Assembly (NCBI GenBank): GCA_043228905.1
Contig: JBHGNT010000007.1
Location: 13,144,001-13,208,000, forward strand
Source: Azolla caroliniana
Lineage: Eukaryota > Plantae > Polypodiophyta
DNA length: 64,000 nucleotides
Direction: 5' to 3'
The notes beneath the pieces were generated by a model, which saw only the letters and a list, made by a program, of their open reading frames with translations, did no database searches and was not told where the DNA came from. Below, piece after piece: positions 12,437 through 23,973 of the stretch. Every line of letters starts with the position of its first letter. The stretch's first letter is position 1. Both the position numbers and the translations under genes were made by a program.

Positions 12437-14324
12437 TCTATATACTATCATATTGTATAACATTCAACTTATTACATTGTAGATTAATCACTAGAACTTT
12501 CAAGAAACTTCTAGTGAATGCATCTTCATGCACTCTCTAGAAGTTTCCATGCACTCTCTAGATGTTTCCTAACTTACATGCATATCTCCACATTCTTGTA
12601 TAAATACTCAGGTGCACCTTGATTACAATAAAGGTGAACAACACCAGTTACAGAAGCATAATCCAGTTATTGCCCTCTTGTCTATTTCTTCTCTCTTTCT
12701 TGCTCTCTTGTCTATGCTCTCTCTCTCTCTCTTGTCTATGCTCTCTCTCTCTCTCTCTCTCTCTCTCTATTAGTATTTAGCCTCGTCTACTTGTCCGTGA
12801 AAATTTGTTCACCTTCCTCTTCTTGTTACCATGTCCGACTCAGTCAACAACTTAAACCAAGTAATGACAGTCTTGGAACAACTTCAACTAGAAAATGAAA
12901 GCCTTCGTCAATCATTACGAGAGCTTCAAAATGGCACATCCTACAACCCCCCACTCGTCGAGCCTCACCCTCTGTTAGCACCTAGCCCAACCCCTTCCTC
13001 TTCCCATTCATATGTCCTTGAACCTAGTGTCAGCCTACCAGAAAAATTCAATGGCTCAAAGGGCGCATCTTCGCGGCTTCATCAATCAATTTCAACTTAT
13101 CATTCACTTACAACCCCAACATTATGCTAGTGATTTCTCTTGGGTCAGCCTCGTTGGCACCCTTGTATCTGGGCTAGCACAAGCGTGGTTTGCATGCACC
13201 ATTGATCGAGACCTCATCCCCACTCTTAGACAACTTTCCTACCTTCCTTGCGGAGCTTAAAGCCACATTCAGAGAAACAGGCCGACGATGAACAACATTC
13301 ACGAAGCTCTATTCCTTACAACAAGGCTCTCGTCCAACTTCTGTCTATGCTTCAGAGTTTTGTCAGATTGCGTGCGATGTCAATTGGGATGACCAAGCCT
13401 TATGCGACCAGTTTCATCGAGGCCTCCGAAACGATGTTAAGACTCTTCTCTTAAACTTTTCGGAGCCCAAATTGTTGTCCCAGGTAATCTCCCAAGCTAT
13501 TCAATGTGATAATCGTCTTTTTGAGCTTCGATAGGAGGAACGGGGGACTTGAGGCTTCCCATCTTCCTCCCGCAATCCTCCACTCACAAGGCCATATATA
13601 TTAGTTTCGCCAAGCACATCACAGTTGCCATCCTCCAATGATACTCATACCCCGATGGAGGTCGACCCCCATACCCCAATGGAGATCAATCATGCTCGAT
13701 TCCAACCATTAACCGATGCCCAACGACAACATCGACGTGACAATGGCCTCTGCTTCTATTGTGGTACCTGCCATGTCATCCGCCACTACCCGGTGCGCAA
13801 CCCTCATCTTCAATCCACCGTGCACGTCTTGCAGAGGTTTCTCGACAATAGGAAAACGACCAAGTCTGGTTGCAATAGGAGCCATGCTGCTGGACACTTT
13901 CCATTACCCTACTTCTCCATGCTCCTACAACTCAGCCACGCCAGCAAAATGTTTTACTTTGCAAGTAAGTCTTTGTTTTGGGTCTACTTCAATACAATCC
14001 CATGCCTTGCTCGATACTAGTGCATCTACTTGTTTCATCGATACCACGTTCGTCCGAGCACATAAAATCCCCATCATCCGCACAACACAACCCATATCTG
14101 TTGAAGCTATCGACATATGGGTTCTCTCTTCGGGGCGGTTATTGAAGTCACTGTTCCGTTGGTACTTCAAGTCGGGTTCCACCAGGAGGTATTAACATTC
14201 TACCTCATTGCAACCCCTTGACATCTGATTGTTTTAGGGCTCTCCTAGTTGGAAACACACAATCCGATGGTGGATTGGTGTAGCCACTCCATCACTTTTC
14301 CACAAACATCAGCGCGGTCACAAC

Positions 14325-17300
14325 TGTTGTAGACAAGGCCGTGTCGCGGAAGATCAAGTAGCATTCGATTGGGGTTGAGTACCTGCGTATGACAGTTTCC
14401 AAGATCGTGCACAGAGAGAGAGAGAGAGAGGAGGCACAAAAGAACTCTTTCTATTCAATAGAAAACAATAATACAACCCACCTTACAAAAAGGTTACTAG
14501 GTCACTTTATATAGTGACCGACTTAGGGCAACTACCATTTATGCTAATTACACAAATGGCCCAAACTTGAGCTATACAAAGGGATAGTGTGAATACGTCC
14601 ATTATACACTTGTATTCGACACTCCCCCGTAATGGGCGTATACATGGGTTATCTAAGATTACAGGTATAAACCTAGGTTCTCGGACATATCAGTTTTTGT
14701 TCGAGTCGGCAGGGTCCGAAGGCAGAAGACCGAACTGGTCGGGTCGGAAGAGTTGAAGCCGATCATTAAGGAACTGATGTCGGTTGTCCGAAACCATCCT
14801 GTGCTGTGTCCGGCTCTAACCGGACTGGTTTGTCGTTACGCCCATCTGATGCCGAAGGGACCGAAAGCGGTCTGCCGAAAGACACTTGGTCATTCCATCT
14901 GCGACATTGTCAGTTGTGGATATTTTCTCTAGACCGATTTTCCCTGAAATGACGCAGTCCCGAACGAAGTGATATCGAACATCGATATGTTTGGAGGCGT
15001 TGTGGTGAACCGGATTTTTCGACAAGGCAACAACACCTTGACTGTCGCTATAGACAACTGGGGCCGAGTCATGGTCGACTTGTCGAAACGTGTGCGCCAG
15101 CCGGCCGAGCCACAAAGCTTCTTTTGCAGCGTCGGACGCAGCTACATATTCTGCTTCGGTCATTGAGGTCGCTGTGCACTCCTGAAGTTTCGACTTCCAC
15201 GAAATTGCTCCATTGCCGAATTTGAAGCAGTATCCAGTTGTTGATTTCCGACTGTCTATACAGCCGGCGAAGTCCGAGTCGGTGTAACCGACTACGCCTG
15301 AGGTTGAGTTCGGACCGAAAAGAATGTCGTGGTCTTTTGTGCCAACCAGATATTTGAACACATGCTTGACTGCGTTCCAATGCGATCGGCCAGGATTGTG
15401 CATAAATCTGCTAACGACTCCTACGGCATGAGAGATATCAGGCCATGTCGCGACCATCAGGTACATAAGGGAGCCGACTGCCGGTGCATACGATACCGAC
15501 TTCATATCTTCCCCCTCCGGACCGGATGTCGGGCAGTCTCGGTGAGAGAGCCGAAGATTCATGGGGAGCGGGGTTGAAGCAGATTTGGCTGATTGCATGT
15601 TGAAGTGTTCCAAGACACGTCCGATATAGTCGGTCTGAGACAAAAAAAGATGTCGTTTATCGCGATGCCGACTAATCTTCATGCCAAGTATGTGTCGTGC
15701 CGGACCGAGGTCCTTCATGGCAAACTTCAACCGCAATTGCCGAATGAGATCGGCAAGTTCGCCCGCGTGGCGTCCACAAATTAGCATGTCGTCCACGTAA
15801 ATGATGAGGAAGATGGGTGATCCATCGTGAGCTGTGTTGGTAAAAAGACAATGGTCCTCATCGCTTTTTGAGAAGCCGATCGATTGGATGAAGTCGTCGA
15901 ACTTCTTGTACCATTGTCGCGGTGCCTGTTTGAGGCCGTATAGACTCTTCCTGAGTCGGCAGACTAGATGTTCTTGGCCAGTTGCCACGAAGCCTTTTGG
16001 CTGCTCCATATAAATTTCCTCTTCAAGATCACCATGGAGGAAGGCTGTTTTGACATCTAGCTGAATCAGCTCCAAGTTGTCGGTTGCCACTACGCCGAGT
16101 AGAAAACGAAGGGTTGTCATCTTCACCACTGGTGAAAAAATCTCGTCGAAGTCGACGCCATATTCTTGTCGGAAGCCCTTCGCAACTAATCTGGCCTTGT
16201 ACTTTGGGGTGGTCGAATCAGACGTCTCTTTTAGTCGATAAACCCACTTGCAAGGAAGAGCACGTCGATTCTTAGGTAATTCGACCAGATCCCAAGTCTT
16301 GTTTGCCCGAATGGAGTGCATTTCCGACTCCATCGCCAGATGCCAGGTGGCTGAATCGACAGATGTCGATGCTTCTTCGTAAGACGTCGGTTCGCCGGCG
16401 TCGGTGAAGAAAATTCCAGGAGAATACCTCTCCGGAGGTTGCGACAGTCTCTCGGATCGTCAAGGTATGATTGGACTGGTCGCATCGGGTATCGAGGTCG
16501 GATGGTCCGAAAGCGAATTATTCTGCTGTGCCGAGTCGGAGTTGTCCGAGTCGGTAGTGCAAGGTTCAGCTACCCGTGAAGCTGACCGTGTGTTAAGAGC
16601 GGGGCCTTCTTGAAGGGTCGGCACATCGGAAAATGTTACCCTTCGGACTTCGATCGGTGTTTTGACTGATGGATTCATAGCCGACTCGTTGAACACAACG
16701 TCCGAACTTCGAACGATTTGTCTGCGTTCGGGGTCCCAGAGTCGGTATCCCATTTCGCCGTCTGATCCATATCCAAGGAAAATGCATTTCCTGGACTGAG
16801 GTGCAAGTTTTCGGCGATCATCTTTCGGAATGAGGGCGTACGCCTCGCATCCGAAAATCCTCAGCTTGTCGTAATTCGGCTTACTGCCGATCCATAATTC
16901 CTGAGGAATTTGAAGTCCTAGAGGTCTGCTTGGCGACATATTGATTATGTGTACTGCCGTGAGTAGAGCCTCTGCCCAGAAGCCATCCGACAGTCCGGAG
17001 TGTTGGAGCATGGAAACTATCCGTTCTTGGATTGTCCGATTCATGCGTTCTGCAATCCCGTTTTGCTCCGGACTGTGTGGTGCCGTAAATTCACGTCGGA
17101 TGCCGCGTTGTCGGCAGAATTTGACGAATTCTTCTGATTTGAACTCTCCCCCATTGTCTGTCCGAACGCATTTCAGTTTTCGGTCAGTTTGATTTTCCAC
17201 CATAGCGAGCCAATCGGAGAAGATCGAGAAGACACGATCTTTGGTGCGAATTGGATAAGCCCACACCTTTCGAGTCGAATCGTCAATAAAACTGACGAAG

Positions 17301-19846
17301 TAAGAGGCACCGCCGAGAGACTGATGCGGCATTGGGCCACAGACGTCCGAGTGGACTAAATCGAGAGGTCTCGTTTCTCTTGGTGCTGATGTCGGGTGTG
17401 ATGCGGCTGCCTGTTTGCCATACTGACAATGTTCGCAGAATTGATGGTCCGAGAAGGAGAGTTTAGGGATGTATCCGGTCTAGATAGGTGCGTAATGCCG
17501 GCCTTGCTGAGGTGTCCTAATCTTCTGTGCCATAGTGATGACACAGGAATATCCACCAAAAACAGGTTACCCTCTCTGAGCGTAACATGTAACGGATACA
17601 GTGAGTGTATCTTGGGTCCTCTAGCAAGCAGGAGGTTCCCCCTGTGGAGTGTCCACCCTCCCGAAGAAAAACCGGCACGAATGCCGTCTTCATCTAGTTG
17701 TCCGACTGAGATCAATGGCCTTGAGAGCTCGGGTACATGTCGGACATTGTGAAGTACAAGTGTAGAGCCACCTGCAAGGTTGAGCTCTACTGTGCCGATT
17801 CCAATGATGTCACAGTGTTGCGAGTTGCCGACTCGAACTGAGTCGGAGTGACGGATCGTATATTGCCGAAATTGGGATCGATGAGGGGTCACGTGAAATG
17901 ACGCGCCCGAATCTAAGAGCCATGTGCTCGATTCTTCAGTCGTGAGCAGAACTTCTGATCCGACTGGATTTTCGATTGATAGTATATTCGGGTCATTTGG
18001 TAGCACATCAGCTGAGAAGCTGACGTAATTGATCTCCTCATGTCGGCCACTCTTCTTGTCTGATTTCTGAGACTTGTCGTTCTTGTTCTTGAGTGCGCGA
18101 CAGTCGGCTTTGATGTGTCCGGGTTTCTTGCAATAGTTGCAGATCCGATTATCCCGTGACTGGCTCCGTCTTCGCTGATTGTTCGGCTGCCGTGAGGAAT
18201 CTCTTCCTCGTATGTTCGATCGGTCTGTCGAACCTTGTACTACATAAGCGTCGTCTGTTGAGTCTTTGGCGAAAGACTTTCTCCGAGCTGCTTCGGTCAG
18301 GATTGCGCTTGTGACTTCGGAGTATTTAACAGCCGTGGTTGACGCGTTGCACACGGTTGTGACGAAAGTTTCCCATGATGAGGGAAGGCTGCTCATGAGT
18401 ATCATTGCTCTGAGTTCATCCTCGATTGCCGTCCCCTGAGATGAGATTTGGGAGCTTATGCTTTCGTACTCATTGAGATGTGCTTGAACCGAATCTGATT
18501 CTTTCATCCGTAAGTTGTAGAGACGCCGGATCAGAAACATCTTCGTTGCAGCGACCTTCTTTTCGTAGGTGTCCGACAGTGTTTTCCACAGTTCGAATGC
18601 TGTCGTACACGATTGCACCGTAAAGTATACCGATTTCGATAGGTGCATCCGAATCGTGGCGCGGACGATTCTGTCCAGCTTCTGCCACTCAATTGGTTTG
18701 TATCCTTCTGGAGGTTCTTCATTTTCGATGGGATCGATTTGCCCCTTGACTATGAGATAGTCCTGCATTTGCTCCTTCCAGAAGTTGAAGTTCGATCCAT
18801 CGAACTTTCGTAGACTCATTTCTGACGAGCCGGATGTTGATGCCATCAAATTTGGTTTCGGTTGACGAAGCTCGGTTCGGAGTTGACTACGAACCTTGTT
18901 GGAGTGCAGCCGGTTGGCTCACCCGATATCGTTCTAGTCGGATTTGAACCCGAGTCGGTTCGGCTTCGGATATATGTATTGTTGAACTTGCTCGAATTGA
19001 CTCCGGTAACTTGAGGGACAGAACCGACTGGTCTTCCCGAATGTTGCCGAGTCGGAGTGAGCCCGGTTCGCTTCCGAATATATATGCCAAATACCGATTA
19101 TTGAAACCGATTGTCTGGACCGATTCTGCTTCGGGTGACTGCAGCGACGAGAGAGACGGATCCAACTGATCCTCCTGAATGTCGATCAGCCGGATGAAGC
19201 ACGAATTGGGGTTGTTGTCTTGAGACCGATCTGCACCGAGTGGTTACAATGAGCAACGAGCAGCGTTTGATGACCTCTTCGGATGCCGTTTAACCGAGTG
19301 GAGCACGATCGTGTCAATGTTGCACAAGGGGATTTCACCTCGAGCGGTTACGATCACAAGGAGCAGAGTACAACCGGCTGGCTTACTCCAAGCGAAGATG
19401 ATCTAACGCGATGAGATGCAAGCCTCATTTTTGTTCTTCTTCTCTCTTTCTTCGAATGACGACTAGGATGAAGCGAAAGGCCGAATACTGTGCAGGCTGT
19501 GACGACGGCCGACAGCGGGTTGAGGAACCTCGCTCTGATACCAAATGTTGTAGACAAGGCCGTGTCGCGGAAGATCAAGTAGCATTCGATTGGGGTTGAG
19601 TACCTGCGTATGACAGTTTCCAAGATCGTGCACAGAGAGAGAGAGAGAGAGAGAGGAGGCACAAAAGAACTCTTTCTATTCAATAGAAAACAATAATACA
19701 ACCCACCTTACAAAAAGGTTACTAGGTCACTTTATATAGTGACCGACTTAGGGCAACTACCATTTATGCTAATTACACAAATGGCCCAAACTTGAGCTAT
19801 ACAAAGGGATAGTGTGAATACGTCCATTATACACTTGTATTCGACA
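14325..19846 (-). mobile_element. Element B: young full-length Ty1/Copia LTR retrotransposon
   Basis: LTRs 14325-14621 and 19546-19846, apparently identical except for (AG)n length; TSD ACAAC; Met-i PBS 19532-19543; PPT next to 14621. Confidence 0.97.
14816..18849 (-). pseudogene. Copia gag-protease-integrase-RT-RNase H polyprotein of B, two frameshifts
   Basis: CNYCKKPGHIKADC, WLLDSGAS, RTDNGGEF, YVDD, ADGMTK; split over ORFs 17356-18849, 16460-17332 and 14816-16333. Confidence 0.95.
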
Positions 19847-20729
19847 ACAACTCCCCACCCCGTTACTTGTGTGGGGGTTGCTTTCAGCTTGGGTGCACAT
19901 TCTTCTGATGTCAATTCAATCTACAACACTGTTGATTCCATTGTGGTTGATTCTAGCTTGGTCGCTTCTGTGCCTTTTGTGTCACAAGACGTCTCTGTTC
20001 CTGTCACCAATTTTCCCGCAAGATATAACGACTTTTTGGATGTGTTCGAAAAGCGAAATGTAGACCGGTTATCGACACATTGCCCCTATGATTGCCCAAT
20101 CGAACTCCAAGATGGCGCACATCCACCATTTGGGCCCATCTATGGGCTATCTAAACCCAAACTTGAGGCTCTTAGCACATATCTGGATGAAAACCTCGCA
20201 AAAGGCTTCATTCAACCCTCCAAATCACCGGCTGGAGCCCCAATCTTATTTGTCAAGAAGAAGGACGGCTCATTAGGACTATATGTGGATTATGGAGGTC
20301 TCAACAAAATTACGATACGTAATTGTTATCCCTTGACTTTAATTCCAACACTCCTTGACTGACTTCAAACCGGGCATATCTTCTCCAAAATCAACCTTCA
20401 GGGAGCCTACAATATGGTGCGTATCAAGCCTAGAGACGAGTAGAAAACAACCTTTCGGACACGCTATGGACATTTCGAGCACAAGGTGACGTCTTTTGGT
20501 CTCACCAACGCCCCGCAGTCTTCCAACATATGATGAACAATATATTTCGGGAGTATCTCAATCACATTGTGGTGTTCTACCTTGACGACATTCTAGTTTT
20601 TTCTTCCAACATAGAGGAGCACACACAACACATCCGCCTGGTTCTATCCAAACTTTGGGAACATGGGCTTTACGCCAAAAGTGAGAAATGTGAATTCGAT
20701 CATACCTCTATCGAATTCCTACGCTATGT

Positions 20730-22395
20730 TGTCGCGAAGATTCGCGCATGCGTGTGCTACTCGAGCGACCACCGGGGTCTTGGACTAGGGAGGACGTTCG
20801 TAGAATTATCGAAGAGATGACGATCAATGTAAGATTGGATGAAATTTTTTCACTTGAGAAGAAGAAAGATTGTACACTTGAGAAGTAGAAAAATATGAAG
20901 AAGATAAAGACGAATATAATTATATTGATGATAGTGGTGTTGGTGATATCACATATTGAGCCCCCCCTTACACAAGCCCAACAAGAGGCTTTTATAGGTC
21001 TCTCCATGCTTGTGACATGCACAAAACCATGGGCTAAAACCATGGTTTTGTGCACACGGTTTTGCTTATGTCATGCACAAAACCATGGGCTTAAAACCAT
21101 GGTTGTGCACACGGTTTTGTATATTTGTTTCCTATGGAAAACTGAATATGACAGGAAATATACAAAATTTAAAGCACTTAGTAGTAGCTTTAGTGGTAAG
21201 CTAATTGCACCCTATCTTGGAGGTGCAAGGTTCAAATCTTACTTGCACCTCTCTATAAGCACTCAATGCAATTAGGCCCTATGATTATTTATTATTGATT
21301 TATTTGCATTTTTAGAAGTATTTGTGTAATGTGCATGTATCCTCAATTTTTTACTTTTTCTTGCATTAAACACGCCACATCACGACATCCACCCCACCAA
21401 ACCGCACATCCTCCGGCATGTGCCAAGAAGGAAAAGAGTGATGTGGTGGGGCCAAAGGTTGTCAACCTTTGATTTGCTCCTTTCTTGTGCCTTGCCCACA
21501 CTGTCTTTCTCCCTCCATTTTGAGCTCGTCCATTCCTTCCAGCCGAACCATTGTCACCATCCGATCCACCATATTATTCGCTTGCACTTCGCAATGCTAT
21601 GACCGATTGTCATGGCCCCCTTCGCCCCTCTTGAGCATAACCTTTCACAATTTGTGTATGTGCCACCTTCATCCCGTCTGTCTCCGTGGTCAAGAAACTT
21701 TGATCCTTCATTCTTTCTCGTCCCCTGCTTGCCTTCACAAGACCTCATTCGAATGTCGATGTTGACTACCCATTGTAGTCCCTTCAAGCACATGCTCATC
21801 TTGGGGTCTCTAAGAGACCATATTGCATGCCTCTCTTTCTTCCATTCGTTGTGGTAAACTCTTGCGTTTGAGTTGACCATCATACCTTTGAACTTCATGC
21901 TAGTTTCCTCCCTTATGTTAGAAGACATGATCACTTCCTGAGGTACACCTTTCAAATCCTCTTGGCTTGTTTTGCTGTCATTGTCCATTATCACACTTTC
22001 TTTGGCCTCTTTGTTGTGCACATCCACTTTCGTCGTTGTGCTTTGTTTGGTGTCTTCATCACACACACCGGCTTCATCCTTCGCTTCCTCGTAGCCACCT
22101 TCCATCTCTTTGGTCTCATGTTGGCTCTCGGACGCAACTGCTGAAGTCTCTAGAACAAGTGTGGAGGAATCCTCTCCATGGTCCTTGCTCGTTCTTGCCA
22201 TCTTCGGGCTAATTGCATTGAGTGCGTATAGAGAGGTGCAAGTAAGATTTGAACCTTGCACCTCCAAGATAGGGTGCAATTAGGCCCTAGGATTATTTAT
22301 TATTGATTTATTTTCATTTTTAGAAGTACTTTTGTAATGTGCATGTATCCTCAATTTTTTACTTTTTCTCTCATTAAACACGCCACATCACGACA
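20730..22395 (-). mobile_element. Element C: deleted LTR element (full 3' LTR, PPT, extra ORF, U3 stub of the 5' LTR)
   Basis: LTR 20730-21387 (tgtcgcg..cacgaca) followed by tccaccccacc (PPT complement); 22209-22395 repeats 21201-21387; interrupts the RT of A at EFLRYV|ISP; degenerate 4-bp TSD atgt/tcgt. Confidence 0.82.
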
Positions 22396-23415
22396 TCGTG
22401 ATTTCACCCTCCTGGATCACAATGGATGCACGCAAGGTAGCGGCAATCACTGATTGACCTGTCCCTACTCGGTTGAAAGAGGTACAATCATTTCTTGGTT
22501 TTGCAAATTTCTATCGACGATTTATCAATGGTTTTTCCTCTTTAGTGCAACCTCTAATCATCCTTACTAGAAAAGATACTCCATTCCTTTGGACCTCTGC
22601 GGCGCAAAGTGCTTTTGATGCCCTCAAGGAAACCTTTCTCACAGCCCTAGTGTTGGTCCACCCCGACCCTACAAGGCCCTTCCAAGATGAAACCGACGCC
22701 TCCGACTTTGCCATTGGACTTGTCCTGTCCCAACCAGATGACGAGGACACACTACATCATGTTGCCTTCTACTCTCGGAAGTTTACAACCCCAGAAATCA
22801 ATCATCCGGTCTACAACAAGGAGCTTGCAACAATCATTTCTGCCTTCGCCGAATGACGACCCTATTTGGTTGGGGCCCAACATCGTATCCAGGTGTTGAT
22901 CAACCACAAAAATCTAATTTACTTCACCACTAGTTGTACATTGAATCAGAGGCAAGCCCGATGGTCATCTTTTCTCGCTGACTACGACTTCAAGATCTTG
23001 TTTCAACCCACTGTTCAACATGGGAAAGTTGATGCCCTCTATCGATGACCTGATTTCGCATTGCGCCCAGGGGATGACACATATTCACAACAATCCCATT
23101 GTTTGTTGAGGCTCGATCAACTTCAAATGTTCGCCTCGTACATGTTGCATGATGATTCTTTGCTCAACGAGATTGCCATGACACCATGTCAGACCCATTC
23201 GCCAAAGACATCATGACCCGCATCAATGAGCCATCCCCAGACATGAAAAGCTCATATCTCAACCAATTTACAACCCGGGATGGGTTACTATATTGTAATC
23301 ATCCCTTGTATGTTCCTGAAGGATCGTGTCGTACATGAGTACTACAAAATTGTCATGATGATTCTCTTGTCGGGCACTTTGGGGTCACAAAAACCTTGGA
23401 GTTACTATCTCGGTG

Positions 23416-23480
23416 TCATAACTAGACTCGAACCCATAACCTTTTGTTACACGGGTCGAGACTTTACCATTAGGTTATGA
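23416..23480 (-). promoter_or_regulatory. tRNA-like A-box/B-box cassette in the LTR of D (second copy at 28712-28776)
   Basis: Minus strand TCATAACCTAATGGTAAAG...AGGTTATGGGTTCGAGTCTAGTTATGA. Confidence 0.62.
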
Positions 23481-23703
23481 ATTGTAATTTGAAGGATATT
23501 ATTTTCATTTAGATTTTATTGGGAAATTGATGTATATTCCAGATTTCTCTGGAACATTCTAGAAACTTCAGGAGTATTCCTGAAGACACTATAAAAGGAG
23601 GCGCAAGGCATTAGTTCGAACCAAATCGGTTCAACGCCAGTCTTAAGCCTTCTAACTACTGTTGTATATCTTCCTTCATATAATACATATATCTTTCGCA
23701 TCA

Positions 23704-23739
<36 letters not shown>

Positions 23740-23973
23740 ACTCATTCCTTCTCTCAAAGTTCGACACCTCTCATAGTACTAATCCTTCTCTGTCTTAGTA
23801 CTATTCCCTAACAATAGTACTAATCCTTCTTTTAGTACTAATTCCTTCTCTGCCTTAATAGAGTTCCTGACAGTTTGAACCGATTTTTGGGTGCCTGTCT
23901 GGTCTTTTCTCTCCCTCTTCCTTCTGTCTCCCTCCTTTCCTACTAGTCTCTTATTTCCCTTTTCCTTCATCCC

